64,000 nt of DNA from a virus (lineage: Duplodnaviria; Caudoviricetes): positions 1 through 64,000 of the IMG/VR virus record IMGVR_UViG_2974512403_000001. One strand, written 5' to 3'. The notes below the pieces were generated by a model, which was not told the DNA's origin, did no database searches, and worked only from the letters and a program-made list of their open reading frames with translations. A program made the translations under genes and the position numbers. The stretch's first letter is position 1. Each line of letters opens with the position of its first letter. Positions 15,549-25,256 of this stretch are shown here, one piece after another.

Positions 15549-17291
15549 AAAAATAAAATTGTCTGCTGTCTGCTTGATTTTAACTTCGTCACTCTTAACG
15601 CATTTGTCAATTATTAACTGAGGAACGGGGCTTTTACCCCAATAGTTGAATCCTGATGAACAAACGAAGCTAATTGTCTTATCTGAAAATCCGCTCTTAA
15701 TGTACTTTTTGAGTTCATCAGTAACATTAAAATCATCAATTGTAATTCCAGACATCTTAATTGACATCCAATTATTAACTAGTTTTATATCTTTTTTAGG
15801 GACTTTTAACCCAATCACAGCAATTTTTATTTCATCCCTTGCCCCTCTAAAAATATTTGCTGATCTGTAAATTTCTGAAATGTCATCAATAGTTGGGAGT
15901 TCATTTACAAATCCAGCATCGACATAATATTCATAGTCTGGTACAGATTTTGAATATTCTTCAATTTTATAAGCAACATCATTCCACTTATCATCATATA
16001 ACGCGACACCAAATGCTTGCTCATGTCCCGCAGCAAACTTAACACCGTCCAGCTTTTTGAGTAAAGACATTCCATTAATGTTTCCTGGGAAGCGTCCACT
16101 TCCTTGAAGGGTGTCGCCCTTTTCTTTCAATACTAAAGTTGGTTTCTTGGTGTTTCCAAGCATTTTATTAGCAACAAGTCCAGCGATCCCCTTATCGTAT
16201 TTCTCTGGTAAAATGGCAATATTATACTGACATTCCCCATTTGACAGCATTTTGATTTCCTTTAAGGCTTTTTTGACTAGTCGATCTTGTCTACTTTTTA
16301 CTTTTTGAAGCATGTCAGCGGCTCGATCATAGACACTCATTTCAATATTGACGCTGTGCATCTTACCATCTGATAGTTTCCGACGTTTTTTCACTATTTC
16401 AGTTTTTCCAATCCCAACAAGCGCGTTAAATGTTAGTTTGCGTTCTTCATGATCACCGATTCGTGCGACCGCATTAATTTTAGGAATCAGTGAGAATTGA
16501 ATATGCTTGATTGTCATTTTTTCTGGATCATCTTTAAAAAATGATTTCAACATTTTGTTACTAACATTTTCCATACCATATGAAACAATTTTCATAATCG
16601 AGGCATCATTCAAATCACTCATATCAGCAATTTGTCCAATGGCAGTTAAGTCCGGATAGGGAATTTTATCAGATCCAATCCACAATTTAGCAACTTGTGC
16701 TGCCATTCCAGACCCAGTAAGTTCTTTGTTTAGTTCACCATCTTGATACTGGTTGCTAATTACCATATAATTAGGATAATTTTCAGTGATAAATTCTTCG
16801 TTTTCAAGAATATGATGATCAATTACCATAACCTTTGCGCCTTTTGATTGAACCTTGTTAATTGTGACTAGATCGTTACTTGAACTATCTGGGCAAATAA
16901 TCCAATCGTATTTTTCACCATCAAAAAGTTTCTCGTTAGCCTTGATCCCATGAAGCTTAGCATTTGGAAAAACTGGAATAACATCATTATTTTTATTCAT
17001 CGATTTTAGAGCTTCATAAATAATTGATGAAGACATATAACCGTCGACATCGACATCAACTAGAATGGCAACTCTTAAATCGTTGTGATCTCGATAATAC
17101 TTTGAAAACTTAATCAATTCTTTTTCAAACGGAAGATGCCATTCCTCGTCACAATAATCTCCCCAGACATTATTTTTTCGATATTCGATAGCACCTTTGA
17201 CAATATTACCAATATTGTCGTTCGTTAGTTCAATGTTAAATCCGTTAATCTGGCTGTTTATATTTTCTACATCACTTTGTGCAATTCTCAT
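15546..17291 (-). CDS. recJ: RecJ-like ssDNA exonuclease (DHH/DHHA1)
   Basis: DVDVDG, IDHH, GSGR, GHEQAFG motifs. Confidence 0.9.
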   Translation of the reverse strand: MRIAQSDVENINSQINGFNIELTNDNIGNIVKGAIEYRKNNVWGDYCDEEWHLPFEKELIKFSKYYRDHNDLRVAILVDVDVDGYMSSSIIYEALKSMNKNNDVIPVFPNAKLHGIKANEKLFDGEKYDWIICPDSSSNDLVTINKVQSKGAKVMVIDHHILENEEFITENYPNYMVISNQYQDGELNKELTGSGMAAQVAKLWIGSDKIPYPDLTAIGQIADMSDLNDASIMKIVSYGMENVSNKMLKSFFKDDPEKMTIKHIQFSLIPKINAVARIGDHEERKLTFNALVGIGKTEIVKKRRKLSDGKMHSVNIEMSVYDRAADMLQKVKSRQDRLVKKALKEIKMLSNGECQYNIAILPEKYDKGIAGLVANKMLGNTKKPTLVLKEKGDTLQGSGRFPGNINGMSLLKKLDGVKFAAGHEQAFGVALYDDKWNDVAYKIEEYSKSVPDYEYYVDAGFVNELPTIDDISEIYRSANIFRGARDEIKIAVIGLKVPKKDIKLVNNWMSIKMSGITIDDFNVTDELKKYIKSGFSDKTISFVCSSGFNYWGKSPVPQLIIDKCVKSDEVKIKQTADNFIF

Positions 17292-17293
17292 TA

Positions 17294-18322
17294 TTATGAC
17301 ATAACCTTTCTTGATCTCATTAATTCGTAAAACGGTTCTGATCCTCTATCAGTGGGGCTGTCTTTGTAACCAAGTAACCCATCACAATCATCAAATAGAA
17401 CTGATACATTAAACCTTAGTAGCATTCTCTTGAACATTTTGACAATCATTTCTGCTCTTGTTTTTCTCGACTGCTCATCATTGTAATCCTTATCTAGCCC
17501 AACAATTATTTCATTGATTCCAAGTTTTGATAATTCGTTTATTTGCCAACTTGAAATACTAGATCCAGATAAGGCAACTCCATTGCCATTTCCATTCATG
17601 ATTGTATCTAATTGCATGACTGATTTTTCAGACTCAAAAATAATAACTTTTTCAGCTTTTAAAATATTCCTTTTATTTTGAAACAATCCGTACAGGTTTA
17701 GGCTGGTTGGGTATGATAACACTTTTCCCTTATACCTAACGGGGCGATACTTGCCAAAATTATCTATCTCGTACTGGTCTAATGATCTTCCACGGACACC
17801 AATCAACCTTCCATTAATATCAAGTTGTGGAATTATTATTTTGTTTTCAGATATTGAATACCTTATTCCGAATTTTTTCTGTGTTTCAGCACTAATTCCT
17901 TCATCAATCCACCCACCGTACGCATAGGGGTGATACCTTTCTAGTAGTTTAGCACTTATCTCAGAAACATCTTTGTATTCATTTTCGTTCTTTTTTAGTG
18001 CTACTGCTGGATTGTAAAGATCATGTGAAAAGAACCCCTCAATTTTTCTACCACCGATAATCGTGTTTAGTTCACTCATGGCTTGTGGGTATTCGATTTC
18101 TCTATAACGCATTATAAAACCGACTAAGTTCATTGACCCACAATTTGAGTAGCAATACATTGAAACTGATAGGTTTTCATCAAAATACGCATATAGCTTA
18201 TATCCGCCATCCCCATCGTGATGGTGGCAATAAGACCTTATTTGATAATACTTCCCTCTATCTTGATAATCCAAATTATAATATTTAATTACCTTATCAA
18301 GATCGCTTTTCTTATAGTCCAT
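17294..18322 (-). CDS. dnaG: DNA primase (Zn-binding + TOPRIM)
   Basis: CHHH...CYSNC; IIPQLDINGRLIGVRGR; IFESEKS; GLDKD. Confidence 0.85.
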   Translation of the reverse strand: MDYKKSDLDKVIKYYNLDYQDRGKYYQIRSYCHHHDGDGGYKLYAYFDENLSVSMYCYSNCGSMNLVGFIMRYREIEYPQAMSELNTIIGGRKIEGFFSHDLYNPAVALKKNENEYKDVSEISAKLLERYHPYAYGGWIDEGISAETQKKFGIRYSISENKIIIPQLDINGRLIGVRGRSLDQYEIDNFGKYRPVRYKGKVLSYPTSLNLYGLFQNKRNILKAEKVIIFESEKSVMQLDTIMNGNGNGVALSGSSISSWQINELSKLGINEIIVGLDKDYNDEQSRKTRAEMIVKMFKRMLLRFNVSVLFDDCDGLLGYKDSPTDRGSEPFYELMRSRKVMS

Positions 18323-18329
18323 ATTTCAC

Positions 18330-19934
18330 CTAGAACACAAGCTGTTCTTTAACCCCGTAGTTTCCATCATTATCAATCTTAATGGTGGTTCTTGGAAGAT
18401 CAATATAATTGTATTGATAATCTGTGGCGAATAGTGAATATTCGTGAAGTGTCCCAAGATCAACCACCGACCAGATAACAATGTTTTTCTTTCCAAGTCT
18501 ATTTTTATAGCAAAAATTTCCAATATTTGGTTTTAAATGATAAGGATTAACAGCATCATCACTAATCAATGGCTCTAAAGACTTTAAATCCCTAGGGGTA
18601 ACGTCTGCTGAGATCATGCCAAAATCAATTTTGTCAGCAATACTCTTAGAATCACGGAGAGCTTGCGATGTTCTTGACATCTCATAATTGCTATCATCAT
18701 ATGTTGGCGTAATTTGAGTCGCAGACATAATATAGATGTCAAGTTCTTTCGCCTTGTTGCGTAATCTATCTGTAAAACTTAACAGAATACGATCATCACG
18801 GGTGTCTCTACCACCATAAAGTTCAGATCCAGATCTTAGTAGCTTAGGTGCTGCCCAAATGTAGTCAAAATCAACGTATTTAACGTCGTAATTGAAAACA
18901 TACTCATCAATAGTCGACATGACATCATCTATATCGAAGTCCTGAATCTCCTTGAAATGAAGTTTGGTCTCCTGTAAGACTTTTACACCGTGATTAATAA
19001 TATTTTTTACGTCGTTTGTGTAATGTCCACGCTTAATAACTTCTGGATTAATTCTTGTAACTGCGCATATTAGAATTAATTGAATTTCTTTTTTTGAAAG
19101 TTCAGTAGAAATAAATAATGATGGCTGGGGATTTTCGTTTGTAACCCATTTTCCAGTGTTTTTATTAAAAATTTGAGTAGCAGAAACATTCACCAAATCC
19201 ATCAGGCCCAGTCGTGTTTTACCACCACCAGCTTTCATAGATCTTAGAAATAGCTTTCCAAGTTGCATCCCAGAAGTGATCGTATTCATGAGACCATCAT
19301 GAAACCCATAACCAAAATCAGGTGACTGATTAATGTTTTCAAGCATTTCTTCAATATCGTCACCAGCGTCAAATGATTCTGAATTTTGTTCCCAATCAGA
19401 AACTTCATTCTTAATGTCGCTGATTGTTTTTGAAAAATGATTGACAATATCTTGTTCAGTCATTGCATTCAATTGATCTTGTTGTTTGGAAAGTTTATCT
19501 GGTTCTTCCGTGTATACATCATATACACTGCTAATATCAATGCCGGAAGACAATAATTTTCTTAAAACTGTCATTTTTTTAATATAATGATAGTTTAATT
19601 TAAACATGCCTTCATTTGCAGATTCTTTTGCAGACTGGACATATTCAATTCCTTTATATCCAGTAAAGATAGAATAATATTTTTCAAATTGTTTTAAATA
19701 CGTGTCAATGTCAATGGCGGTTATTTCTTCTAGCTTATCCGATTCGTTAACAATATTGTTGATAGCAAAAAAAATAATTCTATGAACGCTATTCGAAAAA
19801 TCTTCTTTAGTCAGGCACACACTATCTGATAGTAGCTTAGCTGGATTGTTCATTAATACCCCAATAACACCAAAAATTTGGCTTTGGGGTGTAAGAGCCT
19901 TTAACTCATTTTTATTCAAGTAGATCATCCTCAC
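18330..19934 (-). CDS. dnaB: DnaB-like replicative helicase
   Basis: Walker A GGGKT, Walker B VDFDYI, ATQ motif; start may be 19928. Confidence 0.85.
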   Translation of the reverse strand: MRMIYLNKNELKALTPQSQIFGVIGVLMNNPAKLLSDSVCLTKEDFSNSVHRIIFFAINNIVNESDKLEEITAIDIDTYLKQFEKYYSIFTGYKGIEYVQSAKESANEGMFKLNYHYIKKMTVLRKLLSSGIDISSVYDVYTEEPDKLSKQQDQLNAMTEQDIVNHFSKTISDIKNEVSDWEQNSESFDAGDDIEEMLENINQSPDFGYGFHDGLMNTITSGMQLGKLFLRSMKAGGGKTRLGLMDLVNVSATQIFNKNTGKWVTNENPQPSLFISTELSKKEIQLILICAVTRINPEVIKRGHYTNDVKNIINHGVKVLQETKLHFKEIQDFDIDDVMSTIDEYVFNYDVKYVDFDYIWAAPKLLRSGSELYGGRDTRDDRILLSFTDRLRNKAKELDIYIMSATQITPTYDDSNYEMSRTSQALRDSKSIADKIDFGMISADVTPRDLKSLEPLISDDAVNPYHLKPNIGNFCYKNRLGKKNIVIWSVVDLGTLHEYSLFATDYQYNYIDLPRTTIKIDNDGNYGVKEQLVF

Positions 19935-20376
19935 TTATCTTAGTGATTTGTTTCCTCTCTCTTTTAGGAGGCTTGATAACTACAATAGACTTATTGTAGT
20001 TATAGGAATTATCGTTTGTCTCTCTCACATAATTATTATGATCAGCATAATAATATTTAATTAATCCAATTCCGTAGGTTGAATCAAATTTAACGTTTTT
20101 GTGCGTCTTGATCCAATCAAACGTATGCAACATTCCCTCATAAGTCATTCCTAGCGAGATATATTTTTTAATCTGGGCATACACCATCGACGGTAAAACA
20201 ACTTGTCCATATTCCTCTCGTAGGCCGTGAGTGAATGCTTTTTTACATTGGTCATTATGAATAATTATGTTTAAGCACTCTCGACAGTAATTTTTATTCT
20301 TATATTGAGTTAGTTCATCTTTTTCATGCTTTATACCTTGCTCATAGCAATTAGGCCCGTAACACTTTAATAGCAT
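19912..20376 (-). CDS. Zn-binding protein upstream of helicase (possible loader)
   Basis: CYGPNC...YCREC; overlaps helicase start. Confidence 0.7.
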   Translation of the reverse strand: MLLKCYGPNCYEQGIKHEKDELTQYKNKNYCRECLNIIIHNDQCKKAFTHGLREEYGQVVLPSMVYAQIKKYISLGMTYEGMLHTFDWIKTHKNVKFDSTYGIGLIKYYYADHNNYVRETNDNSYNYNKSIVVIKPPKRERKQITKISEDDLLE

Positions 20377-20395
20377 ATTTAACACCTCTTAATCT

Positions 20396-20424
20396 ATTAT
20401 ACTAAAAAAGGCGTAGCTTATCAA
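20396..20424 (-). promoter_or_regulatory. SigmaA promoter for the helicase-primase-recJ operon, overlapping a terminator
   Basis: TTGATA-N17-TATAAT; the -35 lies in the loop of GGCGTTGGC-TTGATA-AGCTACGCC-TTTTTT. Confidence 0.75.
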
Positions 20425-20441
20425 GCCAACGCCGACCATTT

Positions 20442-20636
20442 TTACTTCAATTTGCTCGTAATCATGTTTAAAACCCAACCGATACAGAATACTGTGGTTC
20501 CGATTTTCCAGAGTAAAAGCCATGACCACGGAGTTCCCCACAAACACATAACCAGCATCCCAATTAACCCATAAACAAACACTAAGGCAACATCAGCAAG
20601 TAACGATGCTAAAGTATTAACAATAATATCCCTCAT
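20442..20636 (-). CDS. Small membrane protein
   Basis: Two hydrophobic helices. Confidence 0.75.
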   Translation of the reverse strand: MRDIIVNTLASLLADVALVFVYGLIGMLVMCLWGTPWSWLLLWKIGTTVFCIGWVLNMITSKLK

Positions 20637-20639
20637 TTT

Positions 20640-21338
20640 CTAGTCCTCCCACGATCGCATTTCTACGATGTTTGCAAATTCTTGTTCGGTTAGGTAGCCA
20701 AGATCAACTAGTTTTGTTTCAATCAAGTCTAGTACGGCACTACGATCTCCCATATCAGACTCGAAATCAAAGTCATCTCTGTTAATCCTAATAATTGGAG
20801 CTTCACTATATGAGTCTGCCCAATTTTTAAACCCCCAGTTAATTGACTTATAGTATTCAACTAGATTGGGGTCGGCTGTTTCCATGTCGCGTCCACGCCC
20901 GATAATATCTTCGATTTCCTTTTCTGGGCTAATATCCAAGAAAACATATAGATCTGGATAATGTCCTTTAGGAGTAGCACTAATAGAATCAAGCATGTGT
21001 CGCAATAGCTTTAAATAGAGATTATATTCCTGATCTGTTGTTTCTCCTCTATCATGGATCACTTTATATACGATAGAGTCAGCTACTAGATTTGAATCCA
21101 TAACAGCTTTTTCATCAACAACAGCATCTCTTAGCTGCGAAAACCTCTCATCAAGCCAGGCAATTTGTAGCGGGAACCCAAATTTTTTACGTGTTTCTTT
21201 TCCACCTGAGTAGTAATCCTTTAAAATCGGAATGGCGTATGGGTCTTCCAGATACTCTTTTGCCCCAAGATCTTCACTCAAAATCTTTACTAAAGTGCTT
21301 TTGCCACTCCCAAAAGCCCCCATAACATTAACCAGCAT
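20640..21338 (-). CDS. Deoxynucleoside kinase (dNK family)
   Basis: GAFGSGKST P-loop, YLEDP, FLDISPE, RGRDME. Confidence 0.9.
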   Translation of the reverse strand: MLVNVMGAFGSGKSTLVKILSEDLGAKEYLEDPYAIPILKDYYSGGKETRKKFGFPLQIAWLDERFSQLRDAVVDEKAVMDSNLVADSIVYKVIHDRGETTDQEYNLYLKLLRHMLDSISATPKGHYPDLYVFLDISPEKEIEDIIGRGRDMETADPNLVEYYKSINWGFKNWADSYSEAPIIRINRDDFDFESDMGDRSAVLDLIETKLVDLGYLTEQEFANIVEMRSWED

Positions 21339-21541
21339 TACTTTACCCCCTTTGTTTGTGAATATCTAAGCATTGCAATTTCAAAATCATCATATCGTTC
21401 GATAGGAATACTAATAGGCTCATCAGTACCATCATCAACAATTACTGAAAATGTGTCTCCCCCACCACTATAGTAGAAATAAATTACATGAGATAACATA
21501 ATTACAACTTTGGAGCCATCTTTGGTTTTATAACGAAACAT
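21338..21541 (-). CDS. Hypothetical protein (67 aa)
   Basis: AGGAGGAG RBS. Confidence 0.75.
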   Translation of the reverse strand: MFRYKTKDGSKVVIMLSHVIYFYYSGGGDTFSVIVDDGTDEPISIPIERYDDFEIAMLRYSQTKGVK

Positions 21542-21553
21542 ATATATCTCCTC

Positions 21554-21832
21554 CTAAATTAAATATGGAATAATTAAAATATAAGCATGAATGCCAGTGT
21601 AATAGGCCGTATCATTTACCCCACTTCGTAAATCAAAATCACTTGCATCCAGATGGCGTGCTCCATATACATGAGCCAAATTATTGTATCGCCTTGCAAT
21701 ATTAAGCTTGACAACCTCTAAATTTTTGTCAACACATTGGTACTGTATTCCGTTAGATGAAATAGTTCCGATATATACCGTTTCGAGCTCAAATCCGTCA
21801 ATTGGCTTGTAAGCATCGCTCCATTCACCCAT
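21554..21832 (-). CDS. Hypothetical protein (92 aa)
   Basis: Start MGEWSD after GGAGGG. Confidence 0.75.
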   Translation of the reverse strand: MGEWSDAYKPIDGFELETVYIGTISSNGIQYQCVDKNLEVVKLNIARRYNNLAHVYGARHLDASDFDLRSGVNDTAYYTGIHAYILIIPYLI

Positions 21833-21974
21833 ATTATCAACCCTCCATCCGATATTCATATATCTGTATACATATACAATATATAGGTATATATATGAAT
21901 AATAATACAATATATAACCATTTTATTCATTTAAAGTGTCATAAAATTCGTATTTTATTAAATTTGTGTCATTC

Positions 21975-22376
21975 TTAATGATTGGGGGCATTCAATCCGT
22001 CAATTAATTTTTCAAGTTGTCTTGATAATTCTGCGGTATTGATTTCTACCAACATGGCTAGTTGCTTGTTAAAATTTTCTTGCTTTTTCTTTTGAGATTC
22101 TTTCAGCAAATCGTCAGTCGACACAAAACGATCGCCGTTATCAACAATACCACCCCTTAAACTATTTTCCCAATTCCTCCAACGTTTTGAATATTCGATA
22201 ATCTTTCCAATTTCGACGTTAACATTATCTTTCTTACCAGCACGATCAGCATATTTAAAAATATTAAATTTGTATGCTCCTCGCATTTCGTCTTCTGTGA
22301 GAATTTTTTCCATATGGTCCAACAAATCTTTCCCACCATGTTGATAGTGTTCTGGGATAATCTTTTCTTCTGCCAT
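21975..22376 (-). CDS. DUF3310-like protein
   Basis: PEHYQHG...NIFKYADRAGKK. Confidence 0.85.
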   Translation of the reverse strand: MAEEKIIPEHYQHGGKDLLDHMEKILTEDEMRGAYKFNIFKYADRAGKKDNVNVEIGKIIEYSKRWRNWENSLRGGIVDNGDRFVSTDDLLKESQKKKQENFNKQLAMLVEINTAELSRQLEKLIDGLNAPNH

Positions 22377-22387
22377 TTCAGCTCCTC

Positions 22388-22672
22388 CTATTTAAATTCA
22401 ATTACGGTGTCTGATAAACCAATTTCATCACTGTCTTCTCCAAATACCAATGAAACTGGTTTCCCACTCCCATAGACAGCTGCAACACCACTAGCATTGT
22501 ACTTTTCTTTCAGCTTGTTAGCAACAATATCCATAATGAATTCACTTCTGTTAATTGTTATTACATTCCGATTTTTATCATAATCGAACAAATCTAATAA
22601 CTCTAGTAGCATATCTTGTTGAGAACTGATTTTATCATACTCGTCTTCGTTCATGATAATCTTTTTATCCAT
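22388..22672 (-). CDS. Hypothetical protein (94 aa)
   Basis: Start MDKKII after GAGGAG. Confidence 0.75.
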   Translation of the reverse strand: MDKKIIMNEDEYDKISSQQDMLLELLDLFDYDKNRNVITINRSEFIMDIVANKLKEKYNASGVAAVYGSGKPVSLVFGEDSDEIGLSDTVIEFK

Positions 22673-22955
22673 TTTTAATTGTCTCCTCTGCATATGATTG
22701 TAATTTATGATCAAAATAAGACATAATCTCTTTGCCAATGTCTTTATTAGTTGCAATAATTGGCTCATCGTCAGTACTAAACCACATGATTAAGCAATTC
22801 GTGTCTCCAAATACAAACGGATAACTAATCTTAGTGACACTTTTGCCATCCTGATCATAACGTTCAAGTTCTACATTTTGTTCATTGTAAGACCCATCAA
22901 AGAAATGATCTAAAAAGTCATACATATTTTCAACTGTTAATTTCTTTTTTCTCAT
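22665..22955 (-). CDS. Hypothetical protein (96 aa)
   Basis: GGAG RBS; first gene of leftward operon. Confidence 0.75.
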   Translation of the reverse strand: MRKKKLTVENMYDFLDHFFDGSYNEQNVELERYDQDGKSVTKISYPFVFGDTNCLIMWFSTDDEPIIATNKDIGKEIMSYFDHKLQSYAEETIKNG

Positions 22956-22992
22956 ATTATATTCTCCATCTTTATTTTATTAACTAAATACA

Positions 22993-23021
22993 ATTATAGC
23001 ATTAAAACATTGAATTGTAAA
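22993..23021 (-). promoter_or_regulatory. Leftward sigmaA promoter (divergent pair)
   Basis: TTTACA-N17-TATAAT with TG extension. Confidence 0.8.
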
Positions 23022-23033
23022 CAAAACTTTATG

Positions 23034-23062
23034 TTGACTTAAAAATAATTCCGTGTTAATAT
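23034..23062 (+). promoter_or_regulatory. Rightward sigmaA promoter driving the ORF-free structured region
   Basis: TTGACT-N17-TAATAT with TG extension. Confidence 0.8.
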
Positions 23063-23068
23063 TGTATT

Positions 23069-23880
23069 TACAAATAAATGAAAACTTAATAAGTATCATG
23101 GATCAAGCGGAAAACCTACCGCGAAACAAATGGGTATGTGCTGGCGCGGCTTTAGGGAAATTGAAGTAACGTCAGTCGAGTCAAGTAGCAAAAACTCCAA
23201 AAGCTACTAATCACTAAGATGAACGCTAAACCGACAAAATATCGGCAGGCGGAAGATGGAGTGGAAAGGGCCAAGGTTCGCGCGGCTTGTACTAAGTTAG
23301 ACACTGGCAGATATGGTTTCTGTTATTTTCTATAAATAGGCACCGTGACTTAACTCAATCCGAAAGGCAGACTAACAGATATGTGAAAACTAAGCTTCTG
23401 GGACGGACGGCATAGAAGCAGAAAGTTAGTTGATTGGTTGAAATACCAATCAGAGACAATTTCTCTTGTATACGTGACGCGCTCAGTGTTGCGAAACTGA
23501 TTACAAGTCTTTGCTCCTTAGTCAGTGTATCAGTCTGCACTTTTTCCATTGGCTAAGGCAAAGACTTGTTCCGCTCAACAACTCGTATTACAAAACTGGT
23601 AGCCGATACTTTCGTTACTTTAAATCCTAACTAAACAAAACAAATAACAACCAAACTTGATATTAATTGGATTTGGTTTTTGGCTTTTAGTTTTGGTGAC
23701 ACGTATGTGTGTCACGGTTGGTGCTAGACTAATAACGCTTATTAGCTACTAGCGCGACGTTGCCCGAAATAGGGTGAGAAACTGGCCCTTCGGCAAGAAC
23801 ACTACTTAGTTGATCCCAGCTAAGCCGAGCTGTTTTCTAAAGCGAGACCCCTAGCACTATGCTAATTAGAAACATATTTG
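23069..23880 (+). ncRNA. Large (~800 nt) structured ncRNA candidate, GOLLD/ROOL size class
   Basis: No plus-strand ORF in track; own promoter; more GC-rich than flanks; long-range helices 23161-23171/23613-23623, 23503-23514/23558-23569, 23138-23144/23851-23857; hairpins at 23696-23715, 23805-23824 and others. Confidence 0.75.
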
Positions 23881-23918
23881 GACTTATGTTAGTTAATTAT
23901 GAGATTACAAAAAAGTTG

Positions 23919-23947
23919 TTGAAAAAAACTATATGTTGTGTTATAAT
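23919..23947 (+). promoter_or_regulatory. SigmaA promoter for the HNH gene
   Basis: TTGAAA-N17-TATAAT with TG extension. Confidence 0.8.
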
Positions 23948-23983
23948 TAAATCATGTAAAATATTAATAAGGAGTAATTTGTA

Positions 23984-24622
23984 ATGAGTGGTATTGAATC
24001 TTGGAAACTACACCCAGAGTTTTGTTTTATCGAAGTGAGCACATTAGGTAACGTACGCACACTTGATAGAGTAGTGCCACGTGGAAAAGGGACACAATTC
24101 GTAAAAGGGCGAGTGTTGAAGCAACAATGTGAAAAAAACGGTTATCTACATGTGCATTTCGGCGAAAATGGAAAAAATTTTTTTAGGCTCGTCCATCGTC
24201 TTGTGGCTCAAACTTTTATTCCTAACCCTAACAACCTACCAGAGGTTAATCACAAGGATTGTAATCCAACAAACAATAACGTTTCAAACTTGGAATGGAT
24301 TACACGTAAAGACAACAATCAATATCGGAACAAATATGGAGTATCATATAAAGAAGCCGCGCGAAAGAAACCTGTATGTGCAATAAACTTAGATACCTTA
24401 GAAGTATGCCGTTTCCCCTCACAAATGGAAGCGAGTCGCGTTTTGGGAGCTAACGTAGGACATATTAATAATGTTATATTAGAAAAACGAAACCACACGC
24501 ACGGTTATTGGTTTACAAACGCCGATAACAAGGCCGTAGAAGCCACCAGAGTTAAATTTGGCAACAGCATGGCTCGTAAGGTTGAAGAATTGATGATTAA
24601 TAAAGAATTACAATTAGTATAG
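23984..24622 (+). CDS. Free-standing NUMOD4-HNH homing endonuclease (I-HmuI-like)
   Basis: WK...EVSTLGNVR (NUMOD4); VHRLVAQTFIPNPNNLPEVNHKDCNPTNNNVSNLEW (HNH); C-terminal FPSQMEASRVLG NUMOD1-like helix. Confidence 0.9.
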   Translation: MSGIESWKLHPEFCFIEVSTLGNVRTLDRVVPRGKGTQFVKGRVLKQQCEKNGYLHVHFGENGKNFFRLVHRLVAQTFIPNPNNLPEVNHKDCNPTNNNVSNLEWITRKDNNQYRNKYGVSYKEAARKKPVCAINLDTLEVCRFPSQMEASRVLGANVGHINNVILEKRNHTHGYWFTNADNKAVEATRVKFGNSMARKVEELMINKELQLV

Positions 24623-24663
24623 AAACATTTGAAAAGGTGATATAATAGTAAAAATAGGTGATT

Positions 24664-25056
24664 ATGTTGAATGTTTCTGAATATAAAAGAAAAATTGATC
24701 TTGAAGAAAAAGATGAAAATTTAAAAAAGTATGAAGAATTTATGAGGGGCGAAATAAAGCGTGGATATGACTATGTATTGCTATCATGTGATAAAGACAT
24801 TGGTATTGGGCTAACATACGAAAGGTCATCACCACTGGCAAAAAGATTTGAGGATAAGATAAATGAAATTGGATATGTTGATTGCCATAAATTATTATCA
24901 TTTCCAATTCTACCTTCTGATGAATATTTAGTTAATAATTACTCATTGATAGATGGAATTTTATACGTTGAGAAAGACATAATCATAAAATATAAGAAAC
25001 TATTTTTTGATCATGATATAACTGTTCATACCAAATTGCTTAAAATAAATTATTAG
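24664..25056 (+). CDS. Hypothetical protein (130 aa)
   Basis: AGGTG RBS. Confidence 0.7.
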   Translation: MLNVSEYKRKIDLEEKDENLKKYEEFMRGEIKRGYDYVLLSCDKDIGIGLTYERSSPLAKRFEDKINEIGYVDCHKLLSFPILPSDEYLVNNYSLIDGILYVEKDIIIKYKKLFFDHDITVHTKLLKINY

Positions 25057-25066
25057 TGAGGGAAAT

Positions 25067-25246
25067 ATGGAGATTGGTGATAGTGTTTCAGTTCGTGGAA
25101 CGACATTAATTGGCAAGATAGTTGATATATTTGATCCATTTTATGTATGTAATAGTGATAAAGAAATGTTTTCAGTTGCAATTGATAGAAAAGATAATAA
25201 AAATGAACTGATAATATTTGAATTAACCAGTCTAAAGAAAGTGTAG
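25067..25246 (+). CDS. Small hypothetical protein (59 aa), not in ORF track
   Basis: GAGGG RBS; MEIGDSVSVRG... Confidence 0.65.
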   Translation: MEIGDSVSVRGTTLIGKIVDIFDPFYVCNSDKEMFSVAIDRKDNKNELIIFELTSLKKV

Positions 25247-25256
25247 AGACGAATAT

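Noticed and set aside
23355-23549. 64-aa minus-strand ORF inside the structured region
   Set aside because: No RBS; antisense to the promoter-driven, base-paired element
23069-23880. Group I intron or HEARO/omega RNA interpretation
   Set aside because: Does not interrupt a gene; I could not find convincing P7/R/S core motifs; the adjacent nuclease is I-HmuI-type, not IscB. A covariance search is still needed to exclude this fully
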